NCBI GenBank assembly: GCA_041751055.1
Contig: JBGSYD010000015.1
Coordinates: forward strand, 122,018 to 186,017
Direction of reading: 5' to 3'
Length of the DNA: 64,000 nucleotides
DNA from: Acidimicrobiia bacterium
GTDB taxonomy: Bacteria > Actinomycetota > Acidimicrobiia > Spongiisociales > ZC4RG35
Below, piece after piece: positions 39,804-48,593 of this stretch (position 1 is the stretch's first letter; every line of letters begins with the position of its first letter). A program made the translations under genes and the position numbers. Under the pieces are notes generated by a model. That model saw only the letters and a program-made list of their open reading frames with translations. It was not told the DNA's origin and did no database searches.

Positions 39804-40805
39804 ATGCACAAGATCGCAGTGATTGGCGCCGGGTCGTGGGGAACCACGGCGGCGTGGTTGGCATCGGCCAACACATCCGTGACGTTGTGGGCCAGACGAC
39901 CCGAGCTGGCAAAATCGATAAACGACCAGCATCAGAACAGCCGCTACCTCCCGGGAAAGGATCTCCCCGGTTCGTTGACCGCCAGCGACGACCTGGTTGG
40001 GAGCGTGAGCGACGCCGACATGGTGGTAATCGCAGTGCCGTCACACGGTTTCCGTGACGTTTTCGGAGAGATCGCCCCACACCTCGAGCCCAACATCCCG
40101 ATCCTGTCATTGACCAAAGGCATCGAGCAGCGGACTCTCTCGAGAATGACTCAGGTCATCGCACAAGTCGCCACCAACCATGACCTGACGAGGATCGGTG
40201 TGCTCACCGGCCCCAACCTTGCCTCAGAGATCGCGGCAGACCAACCGACGGCGGCCGTTGTGGCGATGACGGACCAGGAGACTGCTGCGGTAGTTCAGGG
40301 AGTGTTCATGAACCCACTCTTCAGGGTGTACACCAACGACGACGTTGTCGGATGCGAATTGGGCGGGGCGCTGAAGAACGTCATGGCGATCGCGGCCGGG
40401 ATGTCTGACGGATTGGGTTTTGGAGACAACACCCGGGCAACACTGATCACCAGGGCGCTGGCCGAACTGACCAGACTCGGGGTCCACCTCGGTGGCAGAC
40501 CTGAAACCTTCGCCGGCCTGGCCGGGATGGGAGACCTCATTGCGACCTGCGTTTCGAGTCGAAGCCGCAATCATCAAGTCGGGTACGGTTTGGCCAGGGG
40601 AAAGAGTCTCGACCAGATCATCGAAGAAATGGAAATGGTTGCAGAGGGAGTAAAGACAACGCAGGCGGTTGTCGATCTGGCGGCCGGCAACAACATCGAG
40701 ATGCCGATTGCGGCCCAGGTAGCCAAGGTGCTCTATGAGGACGTGAACCCAAGAGAGGCGATGCTGACACTCATGACCCGCCAGGCGAAACCGGAGTATC
40801 GATGA
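39804..40805 (+). CDS. gpsA: NAD(P)H-dependent glycerol-3-phosphate dehydrogenase
   Basis: 333 aa; IAVIGAGSWGT Rossmann motif, conserved GALKNV region. Confidence 0.85.
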   Translation: MHKIAVIGAGSWGTTAAWLASANTSVTLWARRPELAKSINDQHQNSRYLPGKDLPGSLTASDDLVGSVSDADMVVIAVPSHGFRDVFGEIAPHLEPNIPILSLTKGIEQRTLSRMTQVIAQVATNHDLTRIGVLTGPNLASEIAADQPTAAVVAMTDQETAAVVQGVFMNPLFRVYTNDDVVGCELGGALKNVMAIAAGMSDGLGFGDNTRATLITRALAELTRLGVHLGGRPETFAGLAGMGDLIATCVSSRSRNHQVGYGLARGKSLDQIIEEMEMVAEGVKTTQAVVDLAAGNNIEMPIAAQVAKVLYEDVNPREAMLTLMTRQAKPEYR

Positions 40806-41500
40806 CGCGGCCGAAGACATCCATCCGCCGACTCGCAGAACGGGGATCGGAGGAAATACGGGTAATCAACGCCATCCTCGACGAGGGTTTCCTCTGCCAT
40901 GTCGGATATCTACGTGATGAGCGTCCGGTCGTGATCCCAACCCTTTACGCACGGGACGAGGATCGAATCATCCTCCACGGCTCCACCGGGTCCGGCATAA
41001 CCAGAGCGGTCCGCGCCGGATCGCCGTTGTCCATCGCCGTGACTCTGATCGACGGGCTGGTGGTGGCACGAAGCGCCTTTCACTCGTCAGCCAACTATCG
41101 ATCCGTCGTCGTACACGGGCACGGGACAATCCTCGAAGGTGCCGAGCACGAACGCGCGCTCGATATCACGCTCGAATCCCTGATACCGGGCCGGTCCCTC
41201 GATGTCAGGAAGTCGACCGAAGTGGAACTACGTCAGACCGCCAGCATCGCTGTCCCGCTCACCGAAGTCTCTGCAAAAGTGCGCACCGGCCCACCAGGAG
41301 ACGACCCGGCCGATCTCGAGGATCTGTCGGTCTGGGGTGGAGTTGTTCCACTTGTTCTGAGCGCGGGGAAACCCGTGGCGGACGACCACGTACCAGAAGA
41401 AGCAAAGATCCCGGACTATCTGAATCCATACATGCGTTCTCAACGGGATGGATCAGACACTGACGGCGACTACCAAATCGGGAATTCCCGCAACGTCTGA
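40802..41500 (+). CDS. pyridoxamine 5'-phosphate oxidase family (FMN-binding split-barrel) protein
   Basis: 232 aa; PPOX-like split barrel with C-terminal extension; 4-nt overlap with gpsA. Confidence 0.6.
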   Translation: MTRPKTSIRRLAERGSEEIRVINAILDEGFLCHVGYLRDERPVVIPTLYARDEDRIILHGSTGSGITRAVRAGSPLSIAVTLIDGLVVARSAFHSSANYRSVVVHGHGTILEGAEHERALDITLESLIPGRSLDVRKSTEVELRQTASIAVPLTEVSAKVRTGPPGDDPADLEDLSVWGGVVPLVLSAGKPVADDHVPEEAKIPDYLNPYMRSQRDGSDTDGDYQIGNSRNV

Positions 41501-41518
41501 CAACCGGCCGGTGTTCTG

Positions 41519-42427
41519 ATGGGTATGAACACCCGACTCATCACGACCGCGCATGGCACCAACCGGGCGGCATTCTCAATTTCTGACTGGGGAATCTTCA
41601 TTGGGCTCAGTCTCATCTGGGGATCGTCCTTCCTCTTCATGGCCATCGGCCTGGACTCTTTCCACCCGGGACTGGTTACGTTCCTCCGCGTTGGATTCGG
41701 TGCCTTGTTCATGATGACCCTGAGTAAGGCCTATCGGGTGAAGATCGCACGTGAAGATTGGTCATCGATCTTGTTGCTCTCGGTCATCTGGGTCGGGATC
41801 CCATTCACGCTGTTCCCGATAGCACAGCAGTGGATCAGCTCAGGAGTGGCCGGGATGCTCAACGGAGCCACTCCGATATTCACGGCCGTCGTCGCTTCGG
41901 TATTGCTGAGACAACTCCCCCGGAAACTCCAGATGCTTGGATTGATCATCGGGTTTGGGGGAATAGTTGCCATTGCCCTGCCGTCAGCAGGCAAGGGGCA
42001 AACGGCCGCAGTCGGAGTCCTGTTGGTCGTGACTGCAACGGTCGGCTACGCCTTCTCGACGAACACCGTCGCCCCGTTGCAGCAGAAATACGGATCGCTC
42101 CCGGTGATGTCGAGGGTCCTTTGGGTGGCCGCGGTCCTCGTGGCGCCGTTCGGGTTTTATGGCGCGAGCCAATCCGACTTCGCTTGGGATTCCCTGATCG
42201 CGGTGCTGGCGGTTGGAGTTCTCGGTACCGGGCTTGCATTTGTGTTGATGGCGTCCTTGGTAGGCAGTGTCGGCCCGACCAGGGCTACGTTCATCACTTA
42301 CCTGATGCCGGTGATTGCCCTGGTTCTCGGGATCGTCTTCCGGGACGAGTCTGTCGCACCGCTTGCGGTGGTCGGCATCGGGTTCGTCATCTTGGGTGCG
42401 GTCCTCGCATCCCGCTCCGAGGTCTAA
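41519..42427 (+). CDS. EamA/DMT family transporter
   Basis: 302 aa; 10 TM helices, two EamA repeats. Confidence 0.7.
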   Translation: MGMNTRLITTAHGTNRAAFSISDWGIFIGLSLIWGSSFLFMAIGLDSFHPGLVTFLRVGFGALFMMTLSKAYRVKIAREDWSSILLLSVIWVGIPFTLFPIAQQWISSGVAGMLNGATPIFTAVVASVLLRQLPRKLQMLGLIIGFGGIVAIALPSAGKGQTAAVGVLLVVTATVGYAFSTNTVAPLQQKYGSLPVMSRVLWVAAVLVAPFGFYGASQSDFAWDSLIAVLAVGVLGTGLAFVLMASLVGSVGPTRATFITYLMPVIALVLGIVFRDESVAPLAVVGIGFVILGAVLASRSEV

Positions 42428-42476
42428 TCTCCGCCACCGGGCCTGTATCGGTGCAAATAGACCAAGGGGACACTCA

Positions 42477-42872
42477 GTGCGAATCAAGGAATCAACGATC
42501 AGGGTCGCCCTCGCCCTCACCGCTCCCCCCTTGCTTGCAGGTTTGGCCCTCCTCACCTGGATCGTCGACTCTCCCACCACCGTGCCGGTTGTCTTCGGAA
42601 TCCTTGCGGCCCTGCTCACGGTCGTCGTGATATATGACTATCCACTTGCGATCGAACTGACGCCTGACAACCTGCAGCGCCTTTGCCTATTCCGCCGCCA
42701 CGTTCTTCCCTGGGAAGAAGTCGCTGCGATCATCAAACCCCGACGACGAGGGCTGATAGTTGTCACGAGAGCGCGTAAGAAGCACGTGCTGATCGATCGG
42801 ATCCTCAACGAGCCGGAGCGGGTCGAGCTAATGCGGCAGGGTGAGCGACACGGTGTCCGGGTAGACCTCTAA
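42477..42872 (+). CDS. small membrane protein with bacterial PH-like domain
   Basis: GTG start at 42477, 6 nt after an AAGGGGA Shine-Dalgarno-like sequence; two TM helices then a roughly 80-aa PH-like C-terminus; the longer track ORF overlaps the upstream transporter gene. Confidence 0.45.
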   Translation: MRIKESTIRVALALTAPPLLAGLALLTWIVDSPTTVPVVFGILAALLTVVVIYDYPLAIELTPDNLQRLCLFRRHVLPWEEVAAIIKPRRRGLIVVTRARKKHVLIDRILNEPERVELMRQGERHGVRVDL

Positions 42873-42988
42873 AGGATTCGTCCCAACCACCAGGCGAATC
42901 TTTCCAAGACGGTCCACAGCGCGATTAATTGTCGGGTTGGCGGCTCAAAAACTGACATGGTTAGTCGTCCTGCTGGCATAATGGATGT

Positions 42989-43588
42989 GTGGTGGACCGT
43001 CCCGACGCGGAATTACTCGTCGCATCGTCAGCCGGATCAGCGGAGGCTTACTCCGTATTTTTCCGGCGTCACGCTGATGCGATCACTCGCTACGCCGTTC
43101 GCCGATGTTCCAGTCCCGACGATGTCGCAGACCTCGTCGGCGAGTGTTTTCTCGTAGCTCTTCAGGCCGCACATAGATATGTTCCAGAAACAGACACCGC
43201 ACTTCCCTGGCTTTTCGGTATTGCACGCCGACTTCTTGCTAAGCAACGCCGCAAATACGCTGGCAATAGGCGGCTCGAGATCAAGGTATCGAACGCCTTC
43301 CCGGCGTTCACAACCTGTGAAGATGACGCCATCGCCTCTGCAATCGATGCAGCGATGCAAGCTCCTGCTCTCGAGGAAGCCCTGGCCCGGCTCACCCGAT
43401 CCGAGCGCGAAGTTCTCGAGTTGGTCGCATACGACGGCCTCAGCCCGACGGAGGCGGCCAACGCTCTGGAGATCACACCTAACGCTGCCCGACTCAGGCT
43501 CTCCCGGGCACGCCGTGCAGTCCGGACCTACCTCGACACCACGACTGTGGTGGGAGCGGTTCCAGAGGAGGCCGGGTATGCCCTCTGA
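42989..43588 (+). CDS. ECF-type RNA polymerase sigma-70 factor
   Basis: 199 aa; sigma-2 and sigma-4 regions (LVAYDGLSPTEAANALEITPNAARLRLSRARR helix-turn-helix). Confidence 0.8.
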   Translation: MVDRPDAELLVASSAGSAEAYSVFFRRHADAITRYAVRRCSSPDDVADLVGECFLVALQAAHRYVPETDTALPWLFGIARRLLAKQRRKYAGNRRLEIKVSNAFPAFTTCEDDAIASAIDAAMQAPALEEALARLTRSEREVLELVAYDGLSPTEAANALEITPNAARLRLSRARRAVRTYLDTTTVVGAVPEEAGYAL

Positions 43589-43973
43589 AATGCGCCGTCC
43601 CGAAATGCCGGACCTGGATCATTTCATCAACGCGTTGGACCGGCGTCTGCGTACTGAGGTAGTTGCTGCCAGAAGGGCGGTTCCACCCCGGGGCCTGTAC
43701 GCTCTGCTCAACACACTGCGCAAGCTGGCGAAACCGCTCGCACAATCAGGCGCCATGGCGCTTACCGGCCTTGCGGTCATCGTCGCCATCGGAGCGACCC
43801 CGGCAGCCCGAACCAGTGATCTGGTCCATCCCATAAGCGCGCCGCTCGCCTCCCCTAACGACCAGGCACTCATCGAGAGCGACATGGCTTTTGTCTATTA
43901 TTTGCCAGAAGACGACATTCTGGCCGTACAGGAAGCCGACAATCCCGACACACCGACTCTTGTGACGGAATAA
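43578..43973 (+). CDS. putative anti-sigma factor (single-pass membrane protein)
   Basis: ATG at 43578 preceded by GAGGAGG at 5-nt spacing; overlaps the sigma-factor gene by 11 nt; one TM helix (MALTGLAVIVAIGA); no detectable homology, so assignment is by context only. Confidence 0.5.
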   Translation: MPSEMRRPEMPDLDHFINALDRRLRTEVVAARRAVPPRGLYALLNTLRKLAKPLAQSGAMALTGLAVIVAIGATPAARTSDLVHPISAPLASPNDQALIESDMAFVYYLPEDDILAVQEADNPDTPTLVTE

Positions 43974-44015
43974 CCAAACGACGCATTCCTCCCTGAATGC
44001 TCAGCCGTCGTTTGG
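43974..44015 (+). terminator. stem-loop immediately after the anti-sigma stop codon
   Basis: CCAAACGACG...CGTCGTTTGG 10-bp outer stem enclosing an inner GCATTC/GAATGC hairpin; no U tract. Confidence 0.35.
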
Positions 44016-44089
44016 TGCGCAGGGCGCCGTGACGGTGGTCGGTTCGCCGACCAGACCGCAACGGAAAAACATTGCGGTCCTCCACAATG

Positions 44090-44118
44090 CAATGGGAGCG
44101 GCTCTGCCGCTCCCATTG
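44090..44118 (-). terminator. perfect 12-bp hairpin 3 nt after the nurA-like gene stop (convergent-gene terminator candidate)
   Basis: CAATGGGAGCGG-CTCTG-CCGCTCCCATTG; lies between the converging anti-sigma and nurA genes. Confidence 0.4.
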
Positions 44119-44120
44119 TG

Positions 44121-45035
44121 TTATGCGGCCACACTTGCCGACGCTCGGCGCAAAGCTCGTACGGCAAGTTCGCGATCACCGAGCCGGTGTTTGAGATCGC
44201 GCTCCAATCCCCCGATCGGGTAGAGATTCTGCGGCGCGCGGGGATCTTTGTGCCGTTCTGAGGCATACCTGGGCAATGTGGCGGTAACCCGGTCTGAGAT
44301 CCGGGCTGCTTCGGCCACGGTCATGTCGGCCTCGATCTCGCATCGCACCAGACCTCCAGCGGGCCCGGCATGATTTGCGAGGCGGATGTACCACGAATAT
44401 CGGCTCCAGGAAGTCGTGGTAAGGAACATCGGTGTTCGATATCCGGAGGGCAGGCCGGTGAGAACAGAGCGCAATTCGAGTGGCAGATATTGCACTTTCT
44501 GCGTCTTGATGTAACCGACAGCCCGGGGAAGGTCGCGTCGGTGCGATAGCGGGCCATCCACCACGATCATCTCAGCGTCGCCGGCCTCGCGCGCCACTTT
44601 GCCTTCGAGGTCTCCCATCCTCTGTTGGATGCCGAGCCAGAGCTCCTCTGAAGTTGTCCCCTTGGTGGCCTTGACCTTGTATGTGCCGACCGATGTCTCG
44701 ACATCGTCTGCGCCCGAGGACGTGAACAGCCCCCGCCCCACCTCGGATACCTCCAGGATCGCTTTGCCGTTGCAGCGAACGGCACCCGCGGCATATGTTG
44801 CTGCAAGGGCAAAACCAGGGAAGTCCGGCGGCTGGTCGATCCACAAGCTGGCATCAACACGTCGTACCCCGTCGACAAAGAGGATGTCGGTCCCGGGGTC
44901 GATGTCGGGTGCGATCGGTTTCCAGTCGTCGATTTTCACTTCGATGTCGGCCGCGACATTTTGACTCGCGTCGTCCATCTCCGCGTCCGTTGGCGCCCCA
45001 TAGTCCGCGTCCCAAGTTTCGACCGTGAAGTTCAT
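44121..45035 (-). CDS. nurA: NurA-like nuclease (assignment mainly by operon context)
   Basis: 304 aa; ATGA overlap with the rad50/sbcC stop; Asp-Gly-containing motifs (FVDGV, EMIVVDGPLS) and GYIKTQ motif compatible with NurA 5'-3' nuclease fold; last gene of herA-mre11-rad50-nurA order. Confidence 0.5.
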   Translation of the reverse strand: MNFTVETWDADYGAPTDAEMDDASQNVAADIEVKIDDWKPIAPDIDPGTDILFVDGVRRVDASLWIDQPPDFPGFALAATYAAGAVRCNGKAILEVSEVGRGLFTSSGADDVETSVGTYKVKATKGTTSEELWLGIQQRMGDLEGKVAREAGDAEMIVVDGPLSHRRDLPRAVGYIKTQKVQYLPLELRSVLTGLPSGYRTPMFLTTTSWSRYSWYIRLANHAGPAGGLVRCEIEADMTVAEAARISDRVTATLPRYASERHKDPRAPQNLYPIGGLERDLKHRLGDRELAVRALRRASASVAA

Positions 45036-47398
45036 GCGACAACCAACTCGACCTTGGACCCGTCCGGCTCTTTGCTGACACGGAACCGAACCGAGGCCAG
45101 GGCGGCCAACTCTTTGACGTGAGTGATGATGCCCACCATCAGCCCGCGGCCAGCCAGATCTTCGAGCACCGACGCCACGACCTCGAGAAGCTCATCATCG
45201 AGAGTCCCGAAGCCCTCGTCGAGGATGATGGCGTCGAGACCGGTTCCCCCGGAACCGGAGAGAGTCTCAGCCAGCGATAGGGCCAGGGCCAATGAGACAA
45301 GGAAGGTCTCCCCTCCTGACAACGTGGAAATCGGACGAGATTCATTGGCATTTCGATGATCGATCACATCAAACGACCCGTTGGCGTCGGCCGCCAGTGA
45401 GTAACCCTCATCGGACAGCTGGGCCAATAGAGCATTGGCACCTTCGACAAGGTTCGATATCGCCCCCACCATCAGCCATCTTTCGAATCCGTCCGCCTTG
45501 AGATGTTGGCTCAGAGCGCCCGCCACCTTGCCAACATGATTCGCCTGGTCCACTCGCTTCGCAAGGTCCTCTGACTCTTCTTCGAGTGTCTTGTGGCGCT
45601 CAACCAGATTGAGTGCCTGCTCCTGGGCACGGACCACCGCAACCGTGTACTGACCGTCTGAAGGAATCTCCAGGCGTTGGAGTTTCGCCGTGATGCTGCT
45701 CCGGGCTTTCTCCAGATCGTCGACGAGGCTGGCCAGCTCAATCCTGAGTGTCTCAGTAAGGCTGTCGACCTCTGTGACCTTTCGATCGCGCCAACCGAGA
45801 AGTTCCTTCCATTGGACAATCGGATCTTCGCTCTCGGACGGCGTGGGCTCGAGATCGGCCAAGGCCTCGCGGCGACTCATCAGTCGGTTGCCGAGCGACC
45901 GTTGCTCCTCGGCCAGATCCTCGAACTCTCTGCGTTTCGCCTTGATCGGTGTCTCGATCTCGTGAAGGCTGGTTGTCACCGAGTCCAACTTCTCCAACAT
46001 CTGCTCGACTGACTTTCGGGTGGCGTCCAGCGAGCCCAATTCTTCGATGTCGCCGCCCAGGTCGGTGAGCAGCTCGGCCCGCTTTTCCTCGAGAGCCTTT
46101 TGCTCGGTTTTTGCGCCCCCCAGCCGGTTGCTGAGCTCGGACACCCTTTTGCGAGACGCCTGGAGCTCAGCTTCGCCGACCTCGAGCGATTTCCGCGCTT
46201 CGTCGAGTGTGGAAACGTCTGGCTTTTCGAAATCCGGCCCGACGATGTGGTTGCAGACCGGGCAGGTGTCGCCAACCGAAAGACCTGAGGCAAGGTCATG
46301 GGCCGCATGAGCTACCCGGGCTTCTTCGAGAACGTGACGCAACCTATCAACCGAGGAGCCGTGACGCGCCACTTCAGCTTCGGCGGATTCGAGTTCGGAT
46401 TCCAGACCGTCGCTACCTCCAGCTCTCAGTTTTGCCTCGACATCGTCGAGTCGGTCCTTGGTCGTTTGAAGACGGATCAACTTCTCCAGGCTGGGAAGCT
46501 CGGCGAGCAACTCCTCGTACTCCAGGCGTTGTTTCTTAAGTAGCTCGCGACGATCTTCAAGAGCATCCAGCTCCTGTCGCACTTCGTAGATGTGCTCTCC
46601 TAGAGTCTCGAGCTTGGGAGGCGCCGCAAGGTCCAACAACCGCTGTTTCGCCGTCTCGAGGTGCTCGAGCTGGCCCCGATAGCTGGTCGCCTCGGCCGTG
46701 ATCCGGGCGAGGGCCTCCTCCTCGTCGGGTATCGAACCGGCGAGCTCATCGATCTCCTTCGAACGTTTGAGCGCGACCAGACGCCCCTCCTCGTCCGGGA
46801 GGTCGAGGGCGTCGAGCCTGCTGCGAGCGTCCTGGGCCTGGCTGTGCGCCACGGACTCCTTGCTTCGCGCCAGGGCCCGCACAGTTCCGTAGACATCGAG
46901 TCCGAGCAACCCTCGCAGCAACTGCTGGCGTTCGCCCGGGGGGGCCGTGAGAAATCGGGCGAACTCGCCTTGCGGCAACACAACAGTGCGGGTGAAATCC
47001 TCGAAGCTCAGACGGAGCAGTTCGGACACCGCTTCGGTGACATCACCTGCCCCGGAAGCAACGACTTGATCACCATGTTCCAGGCGGGCCTCGGTTGTGT
47101 TGGCACCGCCCGACTTCGTGCGCTGCACCAGGCGGGCCACCGTGTAGCACTCTTCGCCAACGGCGAAATCGAGGGACACCCTGGCCTGCTCTGATGCTGT
47201 TGAGATGATGGGGGCGACCGTGCCGCCACCCAACCGGGGGACTCGACCGTACAGAGCGAAGACCATCGCGTCGATGAGACTGGACTTTCCAGAGCCGGTC
47301 GGCCCGCTCAGGGAAAAGTATTCAACACCTTCGAGGTCGACTTCGACTTTCTTGCGATAGGCCGAGAAGCCTTCGAGGGTGATTTTCAATGGCCTCAT
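45032..47398 (-). CDS. sbcC: SbcC/Rad50-type SMC-like ATPase with central zinc hook
   Basis: 788 aa; N-terminal Walker A SGPTGSGKSS; CPVC hook at residues 379-382 within the coiled coil; C-terminal signature LSGGETFLVSLALALSL and Walker B/D-loop ILDEGFGTLD. Confidence 0.8.
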   Translation of the reverse strand: MRPLKITLEGFSAYRKKVEVDLEGVEYFSLSGPTGSGKSSLIDAMVFALYGRVPRLGGGTVAPIISTASEQARVSLDFAVGEECYTVARLVQRTKSGGANTTEARLEHGDQVVASGAGDVTEAVSELLRLSFEDFTRTVVLPQGEFARFLTAPPGERQQLLRGLLGLDVYGTVRALARSKESVAHSQAQDARSRLDALDLPDEEGRLVALKRSKEIDELAGSIPDEEEALARITAEATSYRGQLEHLETAKQRLLDLAAPPKLETLGEHIYEVRQELDALEDRRELLKKQRLEYEELLAELPSLEKLIRLQTTKDRLDDVEAKLRAGGSDGLESELESAEAEVARHGSSVDRLRHVLEEARVAHAAHDLASGLSVGDTCPVCNHIVGPDFEKPDVSTLDEARKSLEVGEAELQASRKRVSELSNRLGGAKTEQKALEEKRAELLTDLGGDIEELGSLDATRKSVEQMLEKLDSVTTSLHEIETPIKAKRREFEDLAEEQRSLGNRLMSRREALADLEPTPSESEDPIVQWKELLGWRDRKVTEVDSLTETLRIELASLVDDLEKARSSITAKLQRLEIPSDGQYTVAVVRAQEQALNLVERHKTLEEESEDLAKRVDQANHVGKVAGALSQHLKADGFERWLMVGAISNLVEGANALLAQLSDEGYSLAADANGSFDVIDHRNANESRPISTLSGGETFLVSLALALSLAETLSGSGGTGLDAIILDEGFGTLDDELLEVVASVLEDLAGRGLMVGIITHVKELAALASVRFRVSKEPDGSKVELVVA

Positions 47399-48534
47399 GA
47401 GTTGGCCTCGTCGAGGAGCTCGGCAAACAATGCCTCCACTTCCTCATCTACCACGTCGTTGTCTGCGAGGTACTGGTGGAAGGCTTCGGGCCCGGACACA
47501 GTCGTGCGCCCTTCAGAATTCGACGGCCGCTTCATGTCGTTCTCGCGCAACACCACGTCGACAGCGTTGGGAATGGCCCGCCGCACTTCGTCGGCCAGAC
47601 CGACCCGTGCAGATTCGACCAACTCCACGCGTACATACGCATCTTGCAGATCTTCTTTGACGGCCATTACCTGTTCGAGGGTTCCCGTGATCGACACCAA
47701 TTTGCGACCGGCACTCAACGGGACCGTTGTCACCTTCGAAGGATGACCCGGGCCTGCCTCGACGACCAGGACGCCCTTCTGATCGTCGACTTCGCCAAAG
47801 TCCAACTGCAGGGGTGAACCGGAATACCAGACGGCGCCCCCGTGAGGCATTTTTTGCTGGCGATGCAGATGACCAAGAGCGACGTACGACAGGTGCCCTG
47901 GAAACGAAGATGTCGGGATTGCATATCCAAAGATATGGGCAGTGCGCTCTCCCCCACCGGCGAGGGCGCCATAGACAGTGAGATGACTCACCAATAGGTT
48001 CACGGTGTCGGGCGTCATCTCCTCGGACAGGTTGTGAATTATCCGCTGCATGCGGTCGGCATATGCTCCGGCGTGTTGATCGGCGTCATCATCCATGAGC
48101 TGTTGGGCTCTGACGATTCCGCGCTGGGAAACAAACGGGAGCAATGCCACTTTGGTGCCGATCTCGGGGAACTCGATGACTCCTCCATCGCCGGACGATT
48201 TGGGAGTGGCACCCACCGAAATCCGACCCATCTCCAATAAGGGTGACACGGCCTCGAGGCGAGCCGGGTTGTCGTGGTTGCCGGAAATCACGACGACCGG
48301 CGAGACGTTGGCCAGATCGAGCAACGCGCTCCAGACCACAGACTCCGCCGTGGGGGACGGCGACGATGTGTCGAAGAGGTCGCCTGCCACGAGGGTCAGA
48401 TCGACTTCGTTGCTCGCTGCGATGTCACCGATCTCGGCGAGGACCGCTCGATGCTCATCGGTTCGGTCGCGACCTCTGATGCGTCGACCAACGTGCCAAT
48501 CGGATGTGTGTAAAACTTTTATCGTCACGATCAA
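47395..48534 (-). CDS. sbcD: SbcD/Mre11-type calcineurin-like phosphoesterase nuclease
   Basis: 379 aa; phosphoesterase motifs HTSDWHVG, GDLFD, GNHD; ATGA overlap with sbcC. Confidence 0.8.
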   Translation of the reverse strand: MIVTIKVLHTSDWHVGRRIRGRDRTDEHRAVLAEIGDIAASNEVDLTLVAGDLFDTSSPSPTAESVVWSALLDLANVSPVVVISGNHDNPARLEAVSPLLEMGRISVGATPKSSGDGGVIEFPEIGTKVALLPFVSQRGIVRAQQLMDDDADQHAGAYADRMQRIIHNLSEEMTPDTVNLLVSHLTVYGALAGGGERTAHIFGYAIPTSSFPGHLSYVALGHLHRQQKMPHGGAVWYSGSPLQLDFGEVDDQKGVLVVEAGPGHPSKVTTVPLSAGRKLVSITGTLEQVMAVKEDLQDAYVRVELVESARVGLADEVRRAIPNAVDVVLRENDMKRPSNSEGRTTVSGPEAFHQYLADNDVVDEEVEALFAELLDEANS

Positions 48535-48593
48535 GAGCGTAAAGGGAGGGTGTGACAGATCCTGGATTAACGGACACCGGCGGTGTCGGTTAC

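Noticed and set aside
39751-40110. 120-codon N-terminal extension of ychF in the track ORF
   Set aside because: Arg/Pro/Trp-rich, antisense to gpsA, and YchF proteins start at the G1 motif-containing MSLSIGIVGLPNVGKS
42315-42476. Longer start for the PH-domain membrane protein overlapping the EamA transporter 3' end
   Set aside because: Would overlap the upstream gene by 113 nt in a different frame; a GTG with an AAGGGGA ribosome-binding site at 42477 fits better
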